A DNA stretch of 63,525 nt, counting the filler, from Ministeria vibrans ATCC 50519 (taxonomy: Eukaryota; Protista; Filasterea): NCBI GenBank assembly GCA_943704425.1. It is 7 parts of 7 records of this genome, joined end to end, with 100 filler letters (N's around TTAATTAATTAA, not from the genome) between each part and the next. Parts side by side here need not be neighbours in the genome. Positions count along the whole stretch, not along the records: positions 40,354 to 52,645 come from CALSCP010001800.1; positions 52,746 to 58,693 come from CALSCP010001787.1; 5 more parts are not named here. One strand, 5' to 3'. Within the stretch, counting starts at the first letter, position 1. Each line of letters starts with the position of its first letter. A model generated the notes under the pieces. That model searched no databases. It was not told where the DNA came from and saw only the letters and a list, made by a program, of their open reading frames with translations. This document shows, in pieces, positions 46,033-57,985 of the stretch. The position numbers and the translations under genes were made by a program.

Positions 46033-47018
46033 ATGCGTTCCTGTATCCTTGTTGCAGTTCTTGCACTCCTGTGTGGTGCCGCTGTTGCCGGTAAGGACCA
46101 GCATGAGAGTGTGGGAAGCTGAAGCAAAAAACGAAGAGACAAAAAAATTGCTCGTTCAGCTGTTTGCTCATTGAATCATGGACGATTTCTCGCGTTGAGC
46201 CGTTGTACTTTGATATATGGATGCGATTTGAGCCATCGCTGCCCTCCGATGGGCCCTGCTGCGGCTGTGACACGTGGCTAAAGCTCGTTTGCCCTCTCGC
46301 TCCTTCCTCCCGCAGACAAATGCGCCGCCACTGGCGTTTCCACGTACTCGACGCAGGATTCGATCACGTCCAAGGACTACACGGTGTTCCTGGCTACCTT
46401 CGGCGCCTCCTGCAATGGAAAGGCCTACAAGGTACGGCGAGAGAAGCAAAACGTCAAAAAAAAAAAAAAAAAAAATTCAAAGCTGCTGACGTTGTCTCTC
46501 GCTAACGGACACGCCTCGTCTCGGTCTGAGAGCCCCCACTGGCCATGATCTGTCGTCTGTGTCTGATCCCAGTGTTGTCTCTGCGGCTTTCTCAGTGACA
46601 ATGGCTTTTCTGTTTTTTTTTTCTTTGTGTGTCTTTTTGTCTTACACTGTGTTTGGTGGACTGACGTGACTCTGCTCTGTGTCTCGATTTGCAGGACGGC
46701 CGTCTGCACGCAGTTGTCGCGGGCTCGTCGGTGCCTATTGCTGTTGTTGACGATGGAGCGTCGTTCCAGGTGTCGTGGAAGGCACCGCACTCGGAGACGG
46801 CGTCGGGCGCGTACGACGTGCATGTCTTCACCGACAGTGCGTATGCCGAGTACCGCAAGGCGGTCCGCGACAACACTGCCCTGCCTGCTGCGTCGTTTGT
46901 CGTGCCCCTCAACCACCCGGGTGTCTCCAACGAGGCGCTTCTCTGGCCCCAGTACGCCGCAGTTGCCACCCTCATCGCCGTCTTCTACTTTGCCCACAAG
47001 AAGAGCTCTGCTCTCTAA
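46033..47018 (+). CDS. SSR4: Translocon-associated protein delta (3 exons)
   Basis: Signal peptide, C..YSTQD..VFLATF..C, FQVSW..H..SGAYDVHVF..Y..YRKAVR..NHPG, C-terminal TM helix. Confidence 0.88.
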
Positions 47019-47130
47019 GTCCGTCCTTTTGTCTCGCCCTTCCTCACACATTCACACACACCACTGTAGGCTTTACATAGTTTTCAAAAACAAGTTTTTT
47101 AAAATTAATAATACTTGGTATGATGTTATG

Positions 47131-47830
47131 TTACATGCGAATGGGGTCGACTGCTGCCACTGCTGCGTCTTCGTCGTGTGGATCGAGTGGTGCCATTGGC
47201 CTTCCTTGTTGTTGTTGATGCTGCTGCTGCTGGAGTTCAGAGGCGACAAGCGAGCGCCATTGGTCGTCCGCTTCGCACGCACTCAGAGTCATACCGGAGA
47301 GTGACGCAGTTGGGGTGTCTCGCTCGGTGTATGCTGGTGCTGCGGCAGTAGTTGTTTGTGTGTGGGTGCGTGCGCGGCGCAAGAAGTGTTCGAGGAGACT
47401 GTACAACAGAGGAACGGAGCGAGTTTGTGCGTCTTCGGCAACGCCAAGTTCGCGTGCAATAAACTCGCGCTCTAGTCGCTCGCGAGGCTGTCCACTCTCG
47501 GCAACGAGGACCGACGAGCTATGTCTGTATCCGTTGTAGTCCATGTAGTCCTAAGCAAGAAGAAGGAGTCGGTAGAGCGCATTTCGAATCGCGCGCTTAC
47601 TCGAATGAGTTCGTTAATAAGAAGGTTTTCATTGGTCAGCGCAGGCGGTTGACTGGCCACACTGCTGTCGTCAAGGGCACTGAAGATCTCAGCACGCACG
47701 CGAGCCTTCAAATCAGCCATAACGCCGCGTGAGGAGAGCGTTTCCTTGACGGCTACAAGCAGAGCGTTTGCTGCGGTGGTGGGCGTCGTCAAGTCACTTT
47801 ACCTTCGCTGAGCTCCTCAATCGTGGACAT
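47131..47830 (-). CDS. CEP20: Centriolar LisH protein FOPNL/FOR20
   Basis: MSTIEEL..VKETLSSRGVMADLKARVRAEIFSALDD..NENLLINELIR|DYMDYNGY..SVLVAESGQP..VPLLYSLL. Confidence 0.9.
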
Positions 47831-48014
47831 GCTCGATGTTGGAGTGCAAGCCGAGCGAATTGGAAGGGGGAAGAAAAGAATAAAAAAAATTAAAAAAATA
47901 TATTTATTTGGGAAATGGTTCGACAACTCGACACTCGTGAATTCGATTATTTCAATTCACACACACACACAAATTTCTCGGCCCTTTCTCGGTGTAGTCG
48001 CCACCTTCACGGCC

Positions 48015-48991
48015 ATGCCTATGATAGTAATGTGCGGCATGCCGTGCACAGGCAAGTCGGCGATGGCTGACCGACTGTCGAGGTGAGTTGGGTGTGCGTG
48101 TGAGTCGTGCAGTGCTCATGTGCCCCTCCTCGCCAAGCTACATGAAGGAGCGCGGCAAAACGGTTGTCATAGTGCGCGATGAGGGTGATCGCAACCTTCT
48201 CTTTGCCGGTACCAGTCAATGTTCCTCTTCCTTCTTCACTCTGACCAATTCTGTCCATTTCGCAATCGCGTCGCTCAGACAGCGCAGCCGAAAAGCAGAC
48301 GCGTGCGCTGCGCAAGGCCGCCGTCGAACGCGTCTTGTCGCGCGACGACGTCGTCATCATTGATGCACTGAACTACATCAAGGGGTTCCGCTACGAGCTC
48401 TTCTGCTGTGTGCGCCAGGCGAAAACGACCAACTGCGTTGTGTTTTGTGACTGTCGCGTTGACACGGCACGCGAGTGGAACCGCGCACGACCCGACGGCG
48501 CACGCTACTCGGACGACCTCTTTGATGCGCTAGTGCAGCGATTCGAAGAGCCGCGCGACGGGGCTCGCTGGGACTCGCCACTGTTCTGGACACAGGCGGA
48601 CGACGATGAAGCAACGCGCATCGACGCCGCAGCTGTGTTTGCAGCGCTGTTTGAGCGTGCATCGCTGTCGACGCACATTGCTGTACACACGCAGCCACTT
48701 GCGGAAGCCGATGCGCTGCACCAGTGGGATGCAATCACACAGGACGTCGCAGCAACACTGCTTCGGAACCAGTCGGGCGCAGTGGCTGGCCAACGGCTCT
48801 CGGCCGGCCCTCAAACCGACTCCACACTGCTCTATTCCCGCCCCATCTCAGCAGCGGAAATGCGACGACTGCGCAAACAGTTTATGTCGGTGGCACGCAC
48901 TCAGAACTCGCTCAAGGGCACTGCGTCTGCCGCTCAGTCTAACATTGCAACGTCCTTTGTGCTCTATCTCAACACTCAGTGTCAGCCGTAA
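48015..48991 (+). CDS. KTI12: Elongator-associated ATPase KTI12 (3 exons)
   Basis: MPMIVMCGMPCTGKS P-loop, IIDALNYIKGFRYELFC, RFEEP..RWDSPLF, RRLRKQF. Confidence 0.93.
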
Positions 48992-49075
48992 TATTCATAG
49001 TGTATAAATGCAAACACCTATAATCGCTTCGTGTATAAGGGGGAAAGTATGATCCAGTGGAGTGGAAGAGAATGT

Positions 49076-50402
49076 TTAAGTGGGATGAACAGTGACAGTG
49101 ATGGCGAGGCGCCCGCACGAGAACTCACCAGTGGGCTCGAGCGTGAGTGTGCGTGACGCAGTGCTGCCTAAAGACATGCACCGCAGTAGCAGTTAGAGTG
49201 GGCGACGACACCAAAAAAAAAATGATAGAGAGAGAAGAGGAGGACGAGAAGGACGAGGAGAAAGTAATAAATTGATAGAGAGAGAAAGAGCGAGAGAAAA
49301 AAGAGAGGGAGGGTGAGAAACAAATGTGTTAGACGGACAATCCATAGTAGGTCGTGTGTGTGTGTGTCTTACCATGCGCGAGCATAGGAGCATCTTGCGC
49401 AAATGCCTGCTCAAGATCAACGTCAAAGATGGCCACTTTGTGAGAGAAGACACCAGAGCCGGCCTTGAGAGTGAAACGCAGTCGCTTGTCCATCAGTGGA
49501 GTGCGGGTCATCTGAAAGGATCCCGACGCGCCAAAAGACGCTAAGACACGCGACTGACTGGCAATAAAGTTCGTCTTGTGGACGACATTAGCGTAGTTCT
49601 GCCCGCTCCGTACTTTGATGTAAAAATCGTGATGGTCTGTGGTCAGAGAGTACGTGGGTGAGTGAGTGAGCAAGAAAGCGAATGAGTGATGAGTGGGAGG
49701 CACCTGATTTGAGATCAGTGACTGAGTTGAGATTGACCACGATGTTGAAGAGAGAGAGTTGGGAGGAGATGCACGAGCGAGGACGGGCAGCAGCGGCAGA
49801 GGTGGGTGTGGAGTCGGGAAGCGAGGACTGGACAGAGACGCCGGACGGGGATTGAGAGAGAGGGAGGTGGTCTGTGGCGGTAGAAGGGGCAAGGGTGCTT
49901 ATGTTGGGAGGTACAGGGGATGGAGAGCGCGTGCGGTTGGAGTTGCCAGGTATGGTGCTGGAGGTGGTGGGTTTGGTAACAAGCAGTTGGGTGACGGACT
50001 GATGGGACTTGGGGCGAAAGAAGGAGCGCGGTGACGATGGGCCACCACCATGGCCTGCTTCAATGTCAGCCTAAACAGTAGATATGAAGTGAGTGGTTTG
50101 CAGCGTCATTGGTTTCTTTCTCCCTCCTTTCACTCTCAAACTCGCTCTCTCGATAACATACTGCCACTTTCTCTTGCAGCTTCTCCTCTTCCATTCCGGT
50201 AAAGTCAATCTTGACAAAAAGTCTCCCGGCAGAGCCTTCAAGAGGCAGTTCGAGCGAAGTGTCGTTGTAGCGATCGGGGTTATTAAGCTCGAGAGTCACT
50301 GAACCAATTACTTGGTCCGTCTTGAGTGCATCGTGGTCTTTGACAATCAGTGTCAGTGCCTGCTGGTACCGATCCGCAACCTAAACAGAGACACAGAAAG
50401 AA

Positions 50403-50455
<53 letters not shown>

Positions 50456-52645
50456 AAGTGATAGAGAGAGAGACAAAGTGATAGAGAGAGAGACAAAGTG
50501 ATAGAGAGAGAGACAAAGTGATAGAGAGAGAGAGACAAAGTGATAGAGAGAGAGAGACAAAGTGATAGAGAGAGAGAGACAAAGTGATAGAGAGAGAGAG
50601 ACAAAGTGATAGAGAGAGAGACAAAGTGATAGAGAGAGAGACAAAGTGATAGAGAGAGGAGGGAGAAAGACACAAAGTGATAGAGAGATAAAGTGATAGA
50701 GAGAGACAAAGCGATAGTGATAGAGACAGACAAAGCGATAAAGAGACAAAGTGATAAAGAGAGAGAGTGTGTGTGCGTGTGTGTGTGTTTCAGATTGGTG
50801 CATAATACGTGATAATTGACGTACAACACATGTGGTCTTCTCGTTCCACTGTGGGTTCAGATTAGCCGCAATCACTTTGGTTGTGTACACCGTCTTCTTC
50901 CCCAGCTTCACCACAACGTACGGATCGCTCTTGCCATTTCGGTCCTTGGCTTCCAGATTCTCCGCACGCAGCAGATGCACCTCAAGACGCCCTGCATCCC
51001 CCGTCAGCGCAGTCGCGTTTCCCGCAAACAGTCGCTTCGTCAGCCCCACAACTCCCTGTCACACACACACACACATACAAGCACACACAGTACATCAGCT
51101 CCAACTCACACTCATACACACAGAGACACATCAGCTTCTCTCTTACTCACTCACTGACACTCACAGTCTCGCGTATCTTTCCTACCTTTGTGAGTCCGAC
51201 AGGTGCATTGGTCACCGTTGAAAATATACCCCTCTCATCATCATCATCTCCTTCAAAGTTGTCCTCTTCTCCCTCCTCCGTCAGCAGTCCTTTCGGCAGT
51301 ATTCCCTTGGTCGGGCGCAGAATCACAGTCACACAGATCTACGCACGTCCGTCAGTACACTTGCACTCACATGCACGTACATACACACACACCACACCAA
51401 TACACACACCACACCAATACACACACCACACCAATACACACACCACACCAATACACACACCACAGGAGGAGAAAGAGAGAGAGGGAGGGAAAGAGAAAAA
51501 GAGAGAGACAGAGTGATGAAAGGGAGAAGAGAAAAAGTGACAGAGGAGAGAAAGAGAGAGAGACAAAGTGATGAGACACACACATATATAAAAAACACCG
51601 TGGTATTATCCACATACACTCTCTTTATTCTGCTGACCTTTCCGCTTTTTCCAATCTGGCCTACCCACTGGCTCTGTTTAGATGAATGGTAGTCAACCAG
51701 TGGCGTCTCACTGATGGGCAACCACACGCGATCCTTTGCAAACTGATTCAGTGTCTTTGAGCGTTCCATCTTCTCTCGCTCCGCCTTCTTCTTCTTCTTT
51801 TCCTTCTCCTCATCATCAGTTCCCTTCTCTTCTCCCTTGCCACTTTCCTTCACTCCACGGCTCTTAGACCGCACAAACAACTTGCCCAAATCCAACTCAA
51901 TGCTTCCAATGTGGTCGTTGCTCGACGCTTCATCCCAATCGCTCACTTTGATCTGCAATCGTGTGAACCGGTAGTCCTCAATCGCTGTCTCTCGCGACTG
52001 CTCCCACCGCGGGTTCAATGTGTCCTATTAATCCCAAATCATTTAGCAATCATAAATCCCCACACACACACAGTATGATTAATCCTTACAGGAATGACTC
52101 TGGTCTTGAACCACTTACGACGATGATTGCGCGTCTTGACGGTCACCTCACAAAATGGGTCGCTAAATCCATCAGGATCCAACGCAGTCAGCTTCTTCCC
52201 TTCATGCACACACACAAACAGCAGTCCCCCATACAGATCAGTGCCCCCTCCCCCAACCAAAGCCGTAGACCCTTCTCGTATCACCCCTTCTCTCTCCTCT
52301 CCCTCTTCTTCCTCCTCTTCCTCGCCCTTCACCTCATCATCATCTTCTTCTTCTTCTTCTTCTTCTTCTTCTTCTTCTTTTTCTGTCCTCAGTTTCAATG
52401 ACGGTTCCGCAGAGTTTCGCTCAAAATCTTCTGCTTTTGCAGGCGCAAGTGACAGCTGCAATGAAAAAAAAAACATGATTATAAAAATATTGTTCTTTTG
52501 TTTTCTCTCACCGGTGGAAGAGACGCCCACAGCATATCCATTGAGGCAGTTCCTTCAAATCCATTCTGAAGTCGTACAACTCTAAACTCACGACGTAGGC
52601 AAAATACTGACTATTATGAAAATATTTATTACTATTAATTATTAT
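49076..52645 (-). CDS. Multi-C2-domain protein (tricalbin/extended-synaptotagmin/MCTP-like), 5'-truncated
   Basis: Ca-binding C2 motifs LTALDPDGFSDPFC..LNPRW..VSDWDEASSNDHIG and LEAKDRNGKSDPYVVV..NLNPQWNE, plus a further C2-like C-terminal region. Confidence 0.75.
50452..50760. repeat. Intronic minisatellite ACAAAGTGATA(GA)n, about 15 units
   Basis: Directly visible. Same family as the arrays at 12829, 24170, 32310, 33155 and 61160. Confidence 0.9.
51388..51461. repeat. 17-bp tandem repeat CACACCACACCAATACA, about 4 units (intronic)
   Basis: Directly visible. Confidence 0.85.
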
Positions 52646-52745
52646 NNNNNNNNNNNNNNNNNNNNNNNNNNNNNNNNNNNNNNNNNNNNTTAATTAATTA
52701 ANNNNNNNNNNNNNNNNNNNNNNNNNNNNNNNNNNNNNNNNNNNN

Positions 52746-53294
52746 TGTCGCGTGGGACTTTGCACACTCTTCGGATGTGCTGCCTCACAAGGCGATCCAG
52801 CTGCGCCGCCTCTCTTGCAGGAAACGGCCGAGTACGACCATGAAAGAGTAGCATTGGTACCACCATGGCGCGGTAGGCCACAAGCCACTGCTGCCCATTC
52901 AATCCTAACTCGGCCATTCTTGCAAATCTCAACGTAACCTTGCTGGTCAACGTTTCAACTTGCGTGCACATTGAGTTATCATCGTCCAAGAACACTCCAA
53001 GGTGTCGCAGTGTGCGCACCACCCGGATGTCCCACCTCCCTAAGCGCACTTTGCCGAGTCCCTTCTCAAACGACTCCACGTCGGACAGGCGCTCCTCAGC
53101 ACAGCCAAGCGCCATGAGCGTTTTCCGCGTCTCAGCACTAACTGCACGTTTTACACCTTGCGCGCCTTCGGCGTTCTCCACACCATAGACATGCCTTGGC
53201 GCAACCACCATTGCTTCACATTTTGCTTCGTTGACCTTAAGACCCACCGCATCGGTGAACTCTCCCACAATCTCCGCCGCTCGATGCGCCTGCG
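52746..53294 (-). mobile_element. 5'-truncated non-LTR retrotransposon: RT subdomains 6-7 and thumb
   Basis: F..AVGLKVNEAKCEAM, LRHLGVFLD, AYRAMVVPMLLF, QLDRL.RQHIRRV. The YADD region is absent. Confidence 0.8.
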
Positions 53295-53331
53295 CCCTAA
53301 CCCTAACCCTAACCCCTAACCCCAACCCATA
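53295..53331 (-). repeat. Telomere-type repeat tract: TATGGG TTGGGG TTAGGGG (TTAGGG)3 on the minus strand
   Basis: Plus strand reads CCCTAACCCTAACCCTAACCCCTAACCCCAACCCATA. Confidence 0.85.
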
Positions 53332-53339
53332 GTTGTTGA

Positions 53340-53645
53340 TCACGGCCAACATTGAGCTGATCCCTTCTGCACGACGGCTTTGAACGGTCCGAAGAGGGCG
53401 ACGTCCTGGATTTGCAACTGTAGTGTTGTAGTGCCGGCAAGCGTGGTACAGATGGTGTAGTTGGCCTTGAGGACGGCGTCGAGCTCGGCGCTCATGCTGT
53501 GGGCGAGCGCGTTGTCTTGGACGAGCAGCAGAACGTCGTCGCTCATGCTGCAGACCTTCTTGCGCGCGACGCGGAGCATGATGCTAAGGAACTCGTTGTA
53601 ACTTTCCTTGGTGAACATATTGGATGGTGTGCACCTGACGAACAC
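53340..53645 (-). mobile_element. pogo/Tigger-type DDE_1 transposase fragment
   Basis: LLLVQDNALAH and TTLQLQIQDVALFGPFK correspond to the DDE_1 LL.LDN..H and T..LQP.D..F.PFK motifs. No N-terminus is present. Confidence 0.75.
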
Positions 53646-53708
53646 GTCGTCGTGGTCGGCGTAGTTGTAATGGGGTTGAAATAATGAAAAAAAATTTTTT
53701 CATTTTGT

Positions 53709-56700
53709 TCACTCTTCGTCGTCGATGGGGCGATGATTGCGACGGCGGTACTTGTTCGCGAAAATCACGCCAATCACGGCGACAATGGCAATCAATGCAA
53801 TGCCGATTGGCGCGACGACTTCGACTGGGAATTGATGTTTGGTATTTTCTTGCGACTCCAGGTACATCATGTGCACTGTCGGCCCGGTGCCCTGGTACGG
53901 CACCCAAGCAAACGATGTGTTGTATCCTGTGGCCTTGACGGAGCGTGGTGTGCCGCCGAGCGTGACCGGAATGTCTGGCATAACGGTGAGCGGGTACGCG
54001 GAGCCGCTGACGATCATGCTCACGCGCACTCCGCTTGCCACACTGAAACTAACAAATAAATATCTTTTCCAACAACGAGGATCCACACTTACTTGGAGAT
54101 GGCGAGGCCCGGGTTCATCGCACGAGGCACGGACACATGAAAGGTGGTGAACGGTGACGGACGGTTGTACTTGACTGCCGACGCGCGCGCTACCGTCGCT
54201 CCGTTGACCGGCATCATGCGCAATGTGGTGGTGTGTGGAGAAGTGTCGTCGAAGACGGTGGTGAGCGGAAGCGTGGAAGCCTGGGGGCTCGGGAATGCAT
54301 TGAGCACGTTGCAAGAGTCGATGTCAATGACTTTGACGTACACACGCGGCGCGCCCGACAGCTCGATTGGTACGCCCTTGGTGTCAACGTTGCGTTCGTT
54401 GCCGGTAGTCTCGATGAGCACACGCAGCTGGTTGTTGCTGGTCGACAGGCCCGACACGCACACGTCAATGTTGTCGACCTTGACTACGGAGAACCCGGCA
54501 ACCTGCGGCAGCTCGAGGCCGACGGTGATGTTGCAGCTGATGTCATCCTCGGTAACGATGTGTGCGGTGTCTTTTTCGCTGTTTGTGGCATTGCGCACGG
54601 GCACCGGAAGCACAGCGGGCGCAAGGGGAATGCGGAAGGGAAACGCATTGCCCCGGTGGGCCTCCTCGAGCCGCACCTGCTGCTCGCGCACCTCGTGGAG
54701 CTGGTAACGCACGGTGAGTGAGCTGAGCGGGGTGGCGGCGGCGATGGCCGGCGTGACGAGCTCGGCGTACTCGCACGTCAGCGACTTGGTCATGAGGTAG
54801 AGAGTGTACTGCGCGTCGTCGCTGAGGTCGGCGGAGAGCGTGTCGAGGACGTGGTATGCGTCGGTGAGCGCACTCGAGTCGGCTTCGAGCGCGTCGAGCT
54901 GGTCCTGCAGACGCTCAATGCGGACGTTGAGCAGGGGCAGACGGGCGCGGCTGAGGGCGTTGCGGATGACGAGCGCATCGTGCTGAATGATCATTTGCGT
55001 ACGTTGGCCGACGATGGCGAGCAGATGGTCAAAGTCGCTGACAAACTGCTTGCACGGACCAAGGCCCATCCACTGCGACATGGCCGAGTTGAATTGGTCG
55101 CGCGTGACTATGAGCTTTTCGGCGTCGCGCGTCTCTTCGTTGCGCACGGTGGAGCGAATTGAGCCGTAACTCTGCATGTAGGCGGCGAGCGGATCGGGCG
55201 CCGACGCGATCTTGTTGATGATGTTAGTCACCTTCTTCATGATCGTGTCGAGGTCGTGATCGATTTCCGGGAGAAATTTGAGCGAGAGCGCAAGCTCGGC
55301 GGGCACGGTGAATTCGGCGCCGGGGATGAGCGACGAGACGCCGATGAGCAGGATGTCACCGATGAGGAGGTCGGTCTTGAGTTTGGAGATGAACTTTTCG
55401 ATGGCCTGCAAACACTCACCCTTGTCGACGGCAGTGAGGAAGTCGGCCGACTCAAGCATGGCGGTCAACTTGGCAATGTGCTGGGAGGTGTCGTAAATCT
55501 CCTGCGCCCTCTTGGCCACTGTCGCCTTGATCGTGGCCACGCGGGTGCGCAGCACCGAGAGGGTGTGCTCGATGCGCTGCTTCTTGCCCTGCAAGCTGAC
55601 CTGTGTGCTCGAGAGCGCGCTCAGCGACTCCTCGACAATGGCGAGCAGCGAGGCAGAGTCTTCGGTTTGTGCGTCGTAGGCGGACGCAAGTAGCGCAGGA
55701 CACAGGCCCGGCACATTACCGTAGTAGTCGAGGCCTTGATGCAGCTGCACGAGACGTGTGATGGAGATGTTGTGCACTGCGTGGGTGACGGCGGTGGCGT
55801 TGAGCACGGCCGACGTGGACGTGTTGACGAGGAGGGAATATAGTTCGGCAGCGAACGGGAGGTTGCCGCTGCGGTACGCCTGGTCAGCCTGCGAGAGCAT
55901 GATCTCTCGCTGCTCGTCGCTCTCGAGCGAACCGAGCTGCGTCTCTGTCAGCACTTGCATGCGCAGCGTGCCCGCCTTGCCCGGGCGTGGCACACGATCG
56001 GGCGGCGGTGCAGGCGCGCCCGGAGCTCCAGTGTGACCGCTCGACATGCAGCACCTGTTGTCATTGCAGCACTTAGCAACCCACCAGCAATGGTGACAGT
56101 GGTGGTATGTGCCACCGGCGCCACCGTGGCCACCTGGACCAGGATGGCCAGCGGCTGCGACAAACGGACCGGCCGCACCGCCTGCGAGGTCGGCGTGAAT
56201 CGATGCGCGCACAACCGGCTCGACGGCGGCCACGAGAACGTTGCCTCCGTTTCCGCCGTCTCCGCCGGCCCCAGGGCGGCCGCCACGGCCGCCCGTGCCG
56301 CCGTTTCCGCCTCCCTCGTTGTGACCCCCGTTCTTGCCCATCGCGCCAATCGATCCATCGCCACCGGCCTGCGGCTTGCCGCCGGGAGCACCGACCGAGT
56401 TGACGCGAAGTCCGCGCGCGGCAACGTGCAGCGAAAAGAGCGACAGGGATCCGCCAGTGCCACCAGTCGACCCGTCGGTGCCCGGCGTCCCGTCGGTGCC
56501 CGGCGTGGCCGGCGTCGGTGGCGGCGGACATCCATTGCACGATGCTTTCGCCGGCGGACCGCTCAGCTCGAACGTCGAACGGGAGACGTCGATGGAGAGC
56601 AGGCAAATGGCAATGATGTGGCGGCCTGGCATGTTGAATGCACCGGAGAGAGTGCACTTTGTTCCGCGGATGACGTAGTTTTTGCTGGCATCAATGGAGT

Positions 56701-56905
56701 CGGGCGACAACGTGATCGTTTTGCCCGTGAGAAAAATTGTGGTCGGACAAATGCGAGTGTGCAAATCGGAAACATCGTCGTAAACGTCCTTGCACACAAG
56801 GCCCGCGCGAGCAGGGTCAACAAGAGCAACAGTTATAATAGCTAGCAGTATAAAGATCCACAGCGATCGATGTACAAGCGAGTGATTAGGACCGACAAAC
56901 TTCAT
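53709..56905 (-). CDS. ~1050-aa type I membrane protein: signal peptide, Gly-rich GxxG region, long helical/coiled-coil body, Tc-toxin-A-like C-terminal beta domain, TM helix
   Basis: ORFs 54089-56974 and 53709-54314 join in frame through a 44-nt GTAAGT..TTAG intron (54092-54049). TM VVAPIGIALIAIVAVIGVIFA is followed by NKYRRR. The structure is well supported; the toxin-family call is tentative. Confidence 0.6.
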
Positions 56906-57058
56906 TGGAAAGAGACCTGAAACGAAAAGTAAAGAGTAAGAAAACAAAAACAGCAAAACATCACATACACACACGCCATCCAGCCACTATATCATACAAT
57001 ATAATTATCCATGTGGTACCCCAATTTTGCGTATCGTTGCAATTGCAAAATTACACAA

Positions 57059-57089
<31 letters not shown>

Positions 57090-57985
57090 ATTTCCTCTCC
57101 ACCACACACCACATTCACAAACCCATTAACATTTAACCTAACACCCTCACCCACATTCCCACACGACATCCCCGATTTCGAGGCGCTCGCGAGCAAGGTC
57201 ACGCGAGAACGACTCACACACAAAACCGACGCCCATATCAACCACGCAACCTTCACGAACATACAACATACACAACACGCAATCCCCGCACCCATGCGGC
57301 ACACCCCGATTGACAGGCGCTGGCTAGCAGTGCCAATGTTTGGGGGGGGGGTATAACAACAGCAAAACGACGCTACCGGCACAACTCTGAGCATGGCAAA
57401 TCTGGAATGCTCCAGCAGCCACCACACGCCACTTCAAGGCAACACCTCGCTGCTGAACCCTTTTTGCCGCGGTTCAAGGCTGCATATAGCCAAGCGGGTG
57501 GCAGGAAAAAAATAAAAAAAACTTCGCACGTCACATTCACGTCGTATCTCTGCTGTCGTCACACAAACACAAAACGTCTAGCTACTAGCGTCTAGCCTAC
57601 TAATCATTACCTTCGGTTCGAGGGAAAAAATAGTGTGTTTTATATAAAATATTTAACCCCCTTGGACTAAAATATCGAAATCCAGCTGGGACGAAATCTT
57701 CGTCCATTCGTCCCGGGGTTTTCCCGGGGTTGTGTCACGACACTTTTGAGGGTTGGATGACACACGTCCTGTTTCCTTAATAGAGCAGACAGACCTGTCT
57801 GTCTGTCTACTGGACCATAGATCAGGGCGAATCAGGGTTAAGAAAGTCCAAAAGAGAGAGTTTTATTTTCCACTTTACTTAGTCGCGCAACGCAGTCTCG
57901 TGCTTGTGTAACTTGTTTTCCACAATCCTCTAGCCAATACAAATGCCAATCAGTATGATGCAGATGGTTGCATTGATTGCTCTAG

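Noticed and set aside
50452-50760. Regularly spaced repeats that look superficially like a CRISPR array
   Set aside because: The spacers are only variable (GA)n with no unique sequence, there are no cas genes, and the array lies in a eukaryotic intron.
52690-53352. ORF-track protein starting MLAVINNYGLGLGVRVRVR fused to RT
   Set aside because: The N-terminus is translated telomeric repeat joined by chance in frame to a truncated RT. It is not a real gene start.
55950-56600. Gly-rich region as collagen
   Set aside because: Gly-X-Y runs are short and interrupted by GG/GxG patterns. It fits a PGRS or polyglycine-type region better than a continuous triple helix.
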